Below are positions 1 to 6,553 of a DNA stretch of 12,467 bases, in pieces; the stretch's first letter is position 1; the number at the start of each line of letters is the position of its first letter. The notes under the pieces were generated by a model. It saw only the letters and a list, made by a program, of their open reading frames with translations, was not told where the DNA came from and did no database searches. The stretch is from IMG/VR virus record IMGVR_UViG_2778261509_000004, positions 1 through 12,467 of that record; one strand, given 5' to 3'. The position numbers and the translations under genes are program-made. This stretch comes from a virus. Its lineage: Duplodnaviria; Heunggongvirae; Uroviricota; Caudoviricetes.

Positions 1-88
1 CGATTTTTTCCTGAGGTGTTTTACGTTTACGCACCTCTTTTCCTAACAAAACGCCAGCCATCTCAAAATTAGAACTAGTGTTAGACAT
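1..88 (-). CDS. hypothetical protein, 5' end only (gene runs off the left edge)
   Basis: Reverse complement of 1-88 begins ATG TCT AAC ACT and translates MSNTSSNFEMAGVLLGKEVRKRKTPQEKI with no stop before the window edge. No convincing Shine-Dalgarno. Absent from the ORF track because under 60 codons are visible. Confidence 0.3.
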   Translation of the reverse strand, partial: MSNTSSNFEMAGVLLGKEVRKRKTPQEKI

Positions 89-184
89 ATATCCAAGCCT
101 ATCTCTTATTTTAAGATACATCTACTGTCTGGTATTTCAGGGGGCCAGCTCACAAAGTCCTTTAAAGAACAGTTAAGTCGATAT

Positions 185-688
185 ATGAATGGTATGAATG
201 TATATCCATTCATTAGAATACCTTTTGATAGCATATCTTTCACTAAGGCTATGATTGGGCACGTGCTATCAGCAACTTCAGTTGAAGATTGTAAAAAAGA
301 ACCCGTAGATAGCCCCTTCTATACACCTTTAAAGGATTATGTTTTGGGTAAAAATTCAAGTTTTGAGGAAACTCATGATATTTACTACTGGTTTTACCCA
401 CACAGAATGCACATATCCGCTCAAAGTGTAGCATTTATGAACGAAGGACATGTGGCATTTATTTGTGCTTTACATTTTTTTCCTATCGGTTTTATTATCA
501 CAATGAAAAATGAAGGAACATACCCTGCCCACTCTACAAAATTAGAACTTGAAGATAAATTCCTTACATTTAATATGACCTCTATAAATTATGAGTATAC
601 GACATTTCCATTTGTAAATCTTAAGGGAAACCAAATGTATGCGATAAGCAACGGTCATACTTGTGTGAGTTATCCAATAATTAAGTGA
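185..688 (+). CDS. hypothetical protein (167 aa) in a low-GC block; function unknown
   Basis: A 504-nt ORF is unexpected by chance in AT-rich DNA, where stop codons are frequent. No recognisable motif in the translation and no strong RBS before the first ATG (alternatives at codons 4 and 23). Composition is clearly lower in GC than the rest of the window, by eye. Confidence 0.4.
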   Translation: MNGMNVYPFIRIPFDSISFTKAMIGHVLSATSVEDCKKEPVDSPFYTPLKDYVLGKNSSFEETHDIYYWFYPHRMHISAQSVAFMNEGHVAFICALHFFPIGFIITMKNEGTYPAHSTKLELEDKFLTFNMTSINYEYTTFPFVNLKGNQMYAISNGHTCVSYPIIK

Positions 689-741
689 CGGCTAAATCAT
701 ACAATCTACGCATGTTCACTTTCTACATATACCATCTATAA

Positions 742-767
742 TGTCCGCTGTTGGCACAAAGCGGACA
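742..767. other. inverted repeat TGTCCGCT-N10-AGCGGACA between convergent genes
   Basis: An 8-bp perfect stem (742-749 pairs with 760-767) around a 10-nt loop, between the 3' ends of the 185-688 ORF and the 835-1257 gene. No U-tract on either strand, so not a canonical intrinsic terminator. Confidence 0.3.
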
Positions 768-834
768 ACCACGCTAGCTCTACCCTGTGCCACAAAATGT
801 CAATTTGCATCTGAACTAATGCACTTTAATCTCG

Positions 835-1257
835 TCACTTCAATAAATACCGAACATCACCCTGATAAAACGACAATATGCGCTGCATAACTTCACTCTT
901 CCGGCACTCGCGACAGATTATGTTCTGACGCCTGTCGTAGCGACGTATTTCTCCGTCAGGTAATGACCAGATAAGGTCCGGATCAACCGCAGATGGTTTC
1001 TTCAGCTTTGCCCTTGAGAGCTTTTTACGGGCATTTTGCCAGTCCTTACGCGCCTGTTCAGACGGGAATAACCCGTAACCAGAGTTGTATACATCGCCGC
1101 TGGCAACCAGCTCTCTTGCGAGAACGCTCATCAGATATCTTGTCGCACCTGTCTTGACTTCCAGTTGCCGTAACGTCTCGCGTCCACTCCGGCGTACTAG
1201 CTCAACAACCTGCCCTTTAATTTTTTCCCGCTCTTCCTGTGTAAAAACTTTTGCCAT
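835..1257 (-). CDS. hypothetical prophage protein (140 aa from the ATG at 1257)
   Basis: ORF-track ORF 835-1272. I chose the internal ATG at 1257 because GGAGG lies 5 nt upstream on the coding strand; the track start at 1272 is a TTG that abuts the upstream stop. Tightly packed behind the replication genes on the same strand. No recognised motif. Confidence 0.65.
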   Translation of the reverse strand: MAKVFTQEEREKIKGQVVELVRRSGRETLRQLEVKTGATRYLMSVLARELVASGDVYNSGYGLFPSEQARKDWQNARKKLSRAKLKKPSAVDPDLIWSLPDGEIRRYDRRQNIICRECRKSEVMQRILSFYQGDVRYLLK

Positions 1258-1272
1258 AAGCGCCTCCGGCAA

Positions 1273-2034
1273 TCACTTTTCCGACACAATACGACTGGAG
1301 GAATCGACAATCTGTCGGACAATATCCCGGTGCTTGTTCAGCTCCCGCAGCGCGGCGCAGACTCGCTCCCACTTCTGGACATGATTTTTCGCCCGACGCA
1401 GTTCGCGGTTTGCCATATGCAGCGATGGTAAAACCAGGTCATCCGCTTGCGTTTCAGTAAACGATGGCAGCGACTGCACAATGTCCGCCACAGTTTCTGT
1501 TTTAATATCTTCCTGTGTTGCCGCTTCCTGTACTGGTAACGCAACACCGGCTGGCTGAGGAAAGGCTTTACCATCAGTTTCCGCTACCGATGCAGCTTTC
1601 GGCTCTGCTGGTAAATTATCGCCCGGCATGCAGTAACGAAATTTACCGTTCTGATTAACGCGAATCAGACGACCTTTACTGATTGCCATTGCCAGCGTTG
1701 AAGCCACTTTGCGTGATGTGATGCCGAAAAACGTAGCCAGTTCATCCGCCGTTTGTGGGCCACGTTGTTCAATCGTCGCAGTTAAATCGCACTCCGAAAT
1801 TTTTGCGACTGTTGCCGTGGTGGTTTCTTCCGGCAGTTCTGCCTGCTCTGGCTGTTCCTGCTGAACGTTGTTATCAGCCACGCGCCAGGTGTATACGCTT
1901 TTATCAACGAAGCCAGCCTTTTTCAGTTCCCACAGCTCGTTCAGCACTTCTTCACGACTGATATCAAGTCGCGCAGCCAGTTCTACCGACGTAGCTTTCC
2001 CCATTGCTTTCAGTGCGTCAAAAACAGTCTCCAT
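1273..2034 (-). CDS. hypothetical protein with two putative winged-helix-like segments joined by an acidic linker (253 aa from the ATG at 2034)
   Basis: ORF-track ORF 1273-2085. The ATG at 2034 ([13 protein letters not shown]) is preceded by GGGAGA about 10 nt upstream and leaves a 22-bp gap after the DnaC-like stop. Two segments look HTH-like: [32 protein letters not shown] and [35 protein letters not shown]. The fold assignment is inference from sequence pattern only. Confidence 0.65.
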   Translation of the reverse strand: METVFDALKAMGKATSVELAARLDISREEVLNELWELKKAGFVDKSVYTWRVADNNVQQEQPEQAELPEETTTATVAKISECDLTATIEQRGPQTADELATFFGITSRKVASTLAMAISKGRLIRVNQNGKFRYCMPGDNLPAEPKAASVAETDGKAFPQPAGVALPVQEAATQEDIKTETVADIVQSLPSFTETQADDLVLPSLHMANRELRRAKNHVQKWERVCAALRELNKHRDIVRQIVDSSSRIVSEK

Positions 2035-2056
2035 TAAATTTTTCTCCCGGTAAAAA

Positions 2057-2803
2057 TTACTTCGCAATTCCTGGCTGGACGACATTCGGACGCCAGCTCT
2101 CCCAGTTAAAATTCACCCATCGCCCGCCGTTCATGGTCATGCGATCCATAATCCGCTCGCCGAGCAATGTTTTCATGGCCTCATAGTTCAGGTTTGTCAG
2201 CATTCCCACGCTACGCATCGACGCTGTCCGTCGATCAATAATCTGGTGCAGTACCACCTGCTCGTTTTTCGTCTCGCGCTGAATGCCAATTTCATCAAGA
2301 ACCAGCAGATCCACTTCGCACAGTTCCCGCAAAAATTTTTCGCCTGACTGCCCGTCGTCATAGCTGGCGTGGAGGGCACTCATAACATCAGCCACGGTAA
2401 CCACAATCACTGTCTGACCGTCTTTCAGCAGGCGATTCCCGATAGCTGCCGCTAAGTGATTCTTCCCGGTACCAGGTTTTCCGCTGAACGCAAAATTTGT
2501 ACACCCGGTCATCAGTTCATCAGCGATGGATTTCGCCTGACTCAACGCGTATCGCTGCCCTTCGTTCTGCACCTGGTAATTCGAAAACGAGCATTTGCGG
2601 TGCAATGGCTGGATGCCAGAGCGATTCAGAATTTTTTCCACCCGCAACTGACGATTCTGACGGTTGATCTCCTCACAACGTTTCTGGCCTTCGGAAAGTT
2701 GCCACTCGCGCCACTCCGCTACCGTCTTGAATGGCGCGGTTACATGTGACGGGGCCAGTCTGCGGATACGTTCAAGAACGTCGCCTGTCGCAATATTTTT
2801 CAT
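2057..2803 (-). CDS. DnaC-like AAA+ helicase loader (phage replication protein P functional analogue; YdaV-like)
   Basis: Walker [16 protein letters not shown] and Walker [10 protein letters not shown] in the translation, as in DnaC/IstB-family ATPases. GGGGG RBS 9-13 nt upstream. Start lies 6 bp after the stop of the upstream O-like gene, suggesting translational coupling. Confidence 0.9.
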   Translation of the reverse strand: MKNIATGDVLERIRRLAPSHVTAPFKTVAEWREWQLSEGQKRCEEINRQNRQLRVEKILNRSGIQPLHRKCSFSNYQVQNEGQRYALSQAKSIADELMTGCTNFAFSGKPGTGKNHLAAAIGNRLLKDGQTVIVVTVADVMSALHASYDDGQSGEKFLRELCEVDLLVLDEIGIQRETKNEQVVLHQIIDRRTASMRSVGMLTNLNYEAMKTLLGERIMDRMTMNGGRWVNFNWESWRPNVVQPGIAK

Positions 2804-2809
2804 GGTCAG

Positions 2810-3598
2810 TTACCCCCTGAAGCCTGGCGGGATCGCACTATCCGGTAACGAGACGGTGTTAACCTGTCGGAGTAACGTCTCAGGTCGAACACCTTTCGGC
2901 GCGAACAAGCCCTGGTATTCGTTGGCGATGCTGTGTCGAATCACCTGCTCAGGTGAAAAACCCTGCTGGCGGAATTTTTCCAGCTCCCGTATCGCCCCGT
3001 TAGCGCCCTGCTCCGTTCGAATCGGTTTTCGCAATGCCTGCCTGAACTGAACCCACTCATGCCAGAGTGTTTCCGGCAACCAGTCAGGCAGCTCGATAGC
3101 CTCCGGTTCGAATTTTTTAGACGCTCGTTTTTGGCGAGGGGGATTTAGGGGGAGATAAGTATTTATATCTTCCTCTTTCTCTTCCTCTGGTAACGCTTTT
3201 TGATCCGTTTTTGTAACGCTGGCAGCGTTACCTTTTCGTTTCAGTTCTCGTATTTTTGTTACTCTCTCGTTTGTAACCGCCCGTTTTTTAGAGCTTTTCC
3301 CGTTATGGCGCTCAAAGTTAGGAAGCGACAACACACCATTAGTTTCGACCAGCCATCCAACCTGAATTAACGCATCAGCAAAACCAGCCATAAAAGTGAT
3401 GCGATCTATTGCACTTTTTGTAACGCCGCGAGCGTTACACTCTGCGTTACCGTCTATCATTTGTTGATCCGCCCATGCCCAGAAGCGAATGACTTTCCCT
3501 AATGCGGCATCTGGATCAATATTCAGAATCTCAGCAAGCCTGAATATTTCCGGCTTATCCGGCGTAATAACTTCGAGCTTTATCCAGTTTGAAGCCAT
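2810..3598 (-). CDS. putative replication initiator / replisome organiser (lambda O-like position; YdaU-like)
   Basis: 262-codon ORF immediately upstream of the DnaC-like gene on the same strand. Two 19-bp palindromes lie inside the coding sequence and a third just upstream, like iterons within lambda O. Function is inferred from synteny and the repeats, not from a recognised catalytic motif. Confidence 0.6.
   Translation of the reverse strand: MASNWIKLEVITPDKPEIFRLAEILNIDPDAALGKVIRFWAWADQQMIDGNAECNARGVTKSAIDRITFMAGFADALIQVGWLVETNGVLSLPNFERHNGKSSKKRAVTNERVTKIRELKRKGNAASVTKTDQKALPEEEKEEDINTYLPLNPPRQKRASKKFEPEAIELPDWLPETLWHEWVQFRQALRKPIRTEQGANGAIRELEKFRQQGFSPEQVIRHSIANEYQGLFAPKGVRPETLLRQVNTVSLPDSAIPPGFRG
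3213..3231. repeat. 19-bp palindrome GTAACGCTGGCAGCGTTAC (copy 1 of 3), candidate origin iteron or operator
   Basis: Perfect dyad GTAACGC-N5-GCGTTAC read directly from the sequence. Extra half-sites nearby: GTAACGC at 3190-3196 and GTAACCGC at 3273-3280. Confidence 0.7.
3420..3438. repeat. 19-bp palindrome GTAACGCCGCGAGCGTTAC (copy 2 of 3)
   Basis: Perfect dyad, same arms as copy 1 with a different 5-bp centre. Followed by an extra half-site GCGTTAC at 3444-3450. Confidence 0.7.
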
Positions 3599-3611
3599 TT
3601 GTTTTCACCTT

Positions 3612-3630
3612 GTAACGCTCGCAGCGTTAC
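3612..3630. repeat. 19-bp palindrome GTAACGCTCGCAGCGTTAC (copy 3 of 3), about 14 bp upstream of the O-like start codon
   Basis: Perfect dyad with the same arms, positioned in the 5' leader of the O-like gene where an operator would sit. Confidence 0.7.
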
Positions 3631-3640
3631 ATTTAACTGA

Positions 3641-3662
3641 TACCGAACAAAACAGTTCGGTA
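3641..3662. other. inverted repeat TACCGAAC-N6-GTTCGGTA in the ydaT / O-like intergenic gap
   Basis: 8-bp perfect arms around a 6-nt spacer, located between the ydaT stop (3676) and the O-like start (3598). No U-tract follows on the transcribed (minus) strand, so a protein-binding site or RNA hairpin is more likely than a terminator. Confidence 0.35.
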
Positions 3663-3675
3663 CGATTAATTTCAA

Positions 3676-4098
3676 TCAATGCACTACGACAGAATCGCTA
3701 GGAGAACCGCCGCCGCTGAAATGCGCTTTCCGGTAAACGGCTTGGACTGCATCATCATGCGCATCAATTGCCGTACTTAACGCTTCCTGCGCCGCCAGTA
3801 ATGCACGGCGTTCCAGGGTATCGAAGATGCAGAGTCGGTGACGCAGCTCGCGCGGAAGGATTGCCAGAATTGCTGGGATCAGCTTCTGAATTTTTTCCCT
3901 TTGCGCATTCGTTTCACCTTTCAACCAACGGTGATAGATATTCTGCTGATTGTTCCAGTCCTTGCCTGGAACCAGGGGCAATTCGCCGCCCCCCTGGCGC
4001 AGATATTCTTCAGTAATTGCATTGGCTACCCATGCCTGCCCTTTTTCGGCTGCCAGGGCAAACAACACCGATTCGATGTGCTCATGCTTGATTTTCAT
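3676..4098 (-). CDS. ydaT: YdaT (Rac-prophage toxic protein, reported as a CII functional analogue)
   Basis: 140-codon ORF whose translation (MKIKHEHIESVLFALAAEKGQAWVANAITEEYLRQGGG...) matches my recollection of Rac YdaT in length and sequence. Lies directly downstream of ydaS on the same strand. Confidence 0.8.
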   Translation of the reverse strand: MKIKHEHIESVLFALAAEKGQAWVANAITEEYLRQGGGELPLVPGKDWNNQQNIYHRWLKGETNAQREKIQKLIPAILAILPRELRHRLCIFDTLERRALLAAQEALSTAIDAHDDAVQAVYRKAHFSGGGSPSDSVVVH

Positions 4099-4120
4099 GA
4101 ATCATTTGCCTCTTGATGTT

Positions 4121-4417
4121 TCAGGTATGATCAAATGAGGATTTGTTACTGTCATTTAGTTGCTTCACTGACATATTCTGCGAACAACATGCCGAACGTC
4201 GTAAATATGACCAGTCAATATCAGGACGAAGTTCTTCGCACAGCACCTCACCTCTTGTTGCACGTTCAATTGCTGGACATCTCTCGGCAGGCAATTGACG
4301 TACCCCTTTGATCCATTGATTTACGCTTGGAGGTGATACACCTAAAAGCCTAGCCATTGCTGTTTGCCCACCGACAACAGCACAAGCTTGCTTGAATGAA
4401 TAGTTCTCTTTTTTCAT
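4121..4417 (-). CDS. ydaS: YdaS, Cro-like HTH regulator (XRE family)
   Basis: 98-codon ORF with an HTH-like segment (FKQACAVVGGQTAMARLLGVSPPSVNQWIKG). GGAG lies 9-10 nt upstream of the ATG. Divergent from racR across an operator-rich 123-bp gap, the classic cro/cI arrangement. Confidence 0.8.
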   Translation of the reverse strand: MKKENYSFKQACAVVGGQTAMARLLGVSPPSVNQWIKGVRQLPAERCPAIERATRGEVLCEELRPDIDWSYLRRSACCSQNMSVKQLNDSNKSSFDHT

Positions 4418-4444
4418 CGAATGAACTCCAAAAACACACAGAGG

Positions 4445-4521
4445 TATTAGGCGACGCCTAATACAAATGTCAATAGGCTATGCCTAATACAATGAGAGTA
4501 GGGATTGCCTAATGCAATGAG
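4445..4521. promoter_or_regulatory. OR-like operator/promoter region between racR and ydaS
   Basis: Perfect 19-bp palindrome TATTAGGCGACGCCTAATA at 4445-4463. Palindrome TAGGC-TAT-GCCTA at 4474-4486. Three direct repeats of GCCTAAT(A/G)CAA at 25-bp spacing starting 4457, 4482 and 4507. On the minus strand there is a perfect -35 TTGACA (plus coordinates 4468-4473), with a weak -10 (TAATAC, 18-bp spacer) overlapping the big palindrome, a plausible ydaS promoter. On the plus strand a TACAAT -10 at 4488-4493 has no good -35, a plausible activator-dependent racR promoter. Confidence 0.6.
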
Positions 4522-4540
4522 CATAGGAGAATATTAAGCA

Positions 4541-5017
4541 ATGCTTAGTGGTAAAGACTTAGGCCGAGCGATAGAGCAGGCCATTAACAAAAAAATCGCA
4601 TCGGGATCCGTCAAATCAAAGGCGGAGGTCGCACGCCACTTCAAAGTCCAACCACCATCAATCTATGACTGGATTAAGAAAGGCTCCATAAGTAAAGATA
4701 AACTTCCAGAATTATGGCGTTTCTTTGCTGATGTTGTTGGTCCAGAGCATTGGGGGCTTAACGAATACCCCATACCAACCCCCACCAATCCAGATACAAA
4801 AAGTGAACTTTTAGATATAAACAACCTTTATCAAGCAGCCTCTGATGAAATAAGAGCGATTGTAGCTTTCCTGTTATCTGGAAATGCTACAGAACCAGAT
4901 TGGGTTGACCACGATGTTCGCGCCTACATAGCAGCGATGGAAATGAAAGTGGGTAAGTATCTGAAAGCTCTAGAATCTGAACGGAAAAGCCAGAACATCA
5001 CAAAAACTGGAACTTAA
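4541..5017 (+). CDS. racR: RacR, Rac prophage repressor
   Basis: 158-codon ORF whose translation (MLSGKDLGRAIEQAINKKIASGSVKSKAEVARHFKVQPPSIYDWIKKG...) matches my recollection of RacR. AGGAGA RBS upstream. Divergent from ydaS. Confidence 0.85.
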   Translation: MLSGKDLGRAIEQAINKKIASGSVKSKAEVARHFKVQPPSIYDWIKKGSISKDKLPELWRFFADVVGPEHWGLNEYPIPTPTNPDTKSELLDINNLYQAASDEIRAIVAFLLSGNATEPDWVDHDVRAYIAAMEMKVGKYLKALESERKSQNITKTGT

Positions 5018-5092
5018 ACTTATATGGTCTGACGGAAAACTCCTGGATTCCGTTATTTAACCCCCCCCATCACTTTCTCCAGTCGCCATCAC

Positions 5093-5157
5093 CTATTAGG
5101 TTACGCTTAAAACATTAGGCATAGCCTATTTACAATCAATTAGGCATTACCTATAGT
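5093..5157 (+). promoter_or_regulatory. OL/PL-like promoter-operator cluster driving the rightward early operon
   Basis: Near-consensus sigma70 promoter: -35 TTTACA (5129-5134), 17-bp spacer, -10 TATAGT (5152-5157). Operator-type motifs overlap it: TAGGC-ATA-GCCTA palindrome at 5116-5128, TTAGG half-sites at 5096, 5115 and 5140. The 15-mer TTAGGCATAGCCTAT (5115-5129) is the exact reverse complement of 4473-4487 in the racR/ydaS operator region. Confidence 0.6.
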
Positions 5158-5326
5158 TCCAGCATACCACCCACCCCGCCCCACAGAACGCCAGGCAATA
5201 CTTCGAGTTACCAGGCAGTGGTCAGGGGTTAAGTAGCCAGCCCGAGGCGTATGAACATGACGGCGGGATTCAAATTTTGCAGTGCAGCAGTTAGTTCCGC
5301 CACCCGGCGTTAAGGGGATAGATAAG

Positions 5327-5461
5327 ATGGTGCATTACGAAGTAGTTCAGTATTTGATGGATTGTTGCGGTATCACTTACAACCAGGCTGTGCAGGCTTT
5401 ACGCAGCAACGACTGGGATCTCTGGCAGGCAGAAGTCGCTATACGTAGCAACAAGATGTGA
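5327..5461 (+). CDS. ydaG: YdaG-like small protein (44 aa)
   Basis: ATG at 5327 preceded by GGGGA. Translation MVHYEVVQYLMDCCGITYNQAVQALRSNDWDLWQAEVAIRSNKM. Length and position (between racR and sieB) match Rac ydaG. Below the ORF-track size cutoff. Confidence 0.6.
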   Translation: MVHYEVVQYLMDCCGITYNQAVQALRSNDWDLWQAEVAIRSNKM

Positions 5462-5471
5462 GATTCGCAAA

Positions 5472-5627
5472 ATGCAAAAAATCGACCTCGGCAACAACGA
5501 ATCCCTGGTGTGCGGCGTGTTCCCCAACCAGGATGGAACGTTCACTGCCATGACGTATACCAAAAGCAAAACATTTAAAACCGAAACTGGTGCGCGCCGA
5601 TGGTTGGAGAAGCACACAGTAAGCTAA
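5472..5627 (+). CDS. ydaF: YdaF-like small protein (51 aa)
   Basis: ATG at 5472. Translation MQKIDLGNNESLVCGVFPNQDGTFTAMTYTKSKTFKTETGARRWLEKHTVS. Length and position match Rac ydaF. Its stop codon overlaps the sieB stop on the opposite strand. Confidence 0.55.
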   Translation: MQKIDLGNNESLVCGVFPNQDGTFTAMTYTKSKTFKTETGARRWLEKHTVS

Positions 5628-6112
5628 CGATTAAAACGTCTACTCCTGCTGTTCCAGAATAACTTCATAAAATGGGAGTATTTTTCGGTGACGAGATAAT
5701 AAGAACAGTTTGCGCTATCACTCTGATGTTGAATGATGCCCTTCCGTTCTAATTTTTTCATAACCGGGTTACGGCAAGGAGAAGTGATAATAAGATTTCC
5801 TGTTTTAAGGAAATCTTTAAATACAGCGATTTCTTTCTCAGATAAACGAAGCAATACTCGTTGCTCTGGTAGTAATGAATAATGCTTTTGAATATGTGCT
5901 CGCAATCTTGAGAAGGAAATGGCGACCACGAAAGAAAAGGCAAAAACGATAATCTGAAAGAGCCAAGGTATTTCAGTATAAGCATTGAATGCGACAGTAA
6001 ACTCTTTCGGTATCAGCCAGAGAGTGAGACCAAAAATGATAATCGTATACATAAGTCTTTCGAGTGGCTCGTTAGCAAAAAGTTTCAACAATGGAGTAAA
6101 TACATCCAACAT
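5624..6112 (-). CDS. sieB: SieB, superinfection exclusion protein (162 aa from the ATG at 6112)
   Basis: Translation from MLDVFTPLLKLFANEPLERLMYTIIIFGLTLWLI... matches my recollection of Rac SieB, with a hydrophobic N-terminal segment consistent with a membrane protein. The ORF-track version is extended to 6235; I prefer the 162-codon form. Confidence 0.75.
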   Translation of the reverse strand: MLDVFTPLLKLFANEPLERLMYTIIIFGLTLWLIPKEFTVAFNAYTEIPWLFQIIVFAFSFVVAISFSRLRAHIQKHYSLLPEQRVLLRLSEKEIAVFKDFLKTGNLIITSPCRNPVMKKLERKGIIQHQSDSANCSYYLVTEKYSHFMKLFWNSRSRRFNR

Positions 6113-6330
6113 ATCAATAACTCTCAACTGTAAGGGTATTGAAATGTTAACACAAGCTCTCGCTGTAGGGGTATAGCCGAGACCACCGAAGCCCGGAGGT
6201 GGTGAAATAAAACCGGGCACAACACGAAGGCGCATTTCCGATATCCATAAAGAGTCGGTCTTGTCTGTTAAATTTAAATGGTGGGAGTGCGCCTCCGGTT
6301 GTAAATAACGACATTGCTGTGTGTAGTCCT

Positions 6331-6372
6331 GGCGGCATCAGTTTTTTTCTTGAAGTTCGGCTGATGTCCGCC
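6331..6372. other. long imperfect inverted repeat GGCGGCATCAG-N19-CTGATG(T)CCGCC followed by CTTTTT
   Basis: 11-bp arms with a one-base bulge around a 19-nt loop, inside the ~440-bp non-coding gap between sieB and kilR. The loop is too long for a typical intrinsic terminator; could be a protein-binding dyad or structured RNA. Confidence 0.3.
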
Positions 6373-6553
6373 CTTTTTAAAGTGAGTTTTGTGATGCGGT
6401 GAATGCGGCTAAGCGCACGTGGCACAGTTAAAAGTCATGTTAGTCCTTATTGGTTTGGGTGGGAAAGCCGACTGTAATTGTTAACTGGTTGCAGTCACCT
6501 GGAGGCACCAGGCACCGCATCAACAAAGTTCATTTGTAAAAATGGAGATAATT

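Noticed and set aside
752-800. Possible sigma54 promoter (TGGCAC ... TTGCA) in the convergent gap
   Set aside because: TGGCAC at 752-757 is not followed by TTGC at the required spacing; the nearby TTTGCA is preceded by TGCCAC, which lacks the essential GG. Does not fit the -24/-12 consensus.
1085-2186. Plus-strand ORFs (99, 68, 61 and 60 codons) overlapping the leftward genes
   Set aside because: Antisense to longer ORFs that are in operon context with RBSs; Ser/Arg-rich translations typical of out-of-frame reading.
5399-5617. 72-codon minus-strand ORF
   Set aside because: Overlaps both ydaG and ydaF, which have RBSs and match known Rac small proteins in length and position.
5624-6235. Extended 203-codon version of sieB from the ORF track
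   Set aside because: The extra 41 N-terminal codons (MRLRVVPGFISPPPGFGG...) look non-protein-like; the 162-codon form starting MLDVFTPLL matches recalled SieB and begins with a hydrophobic segment.
6147-6425. 92-codon minus-strand ORF in the sieB-kilR gap
   Set aside because: Starts at a GTG with no Shine-Dalgarno; Arg/Pro-rich translation without motifs; overlaps the likely sieB promoter region. Kept only as a remote possibility; the region is reported as non-coding.
5018-6553. Lambda-type nut sites (boxA CGCTCTTA, boxB hairpin) downstream of the PL-like promoter
   Set aside because: No convincing boxA/boxB pair found by eye; the dyad at 6331-6372 does not resemble boxB and has a 19-nt loop.
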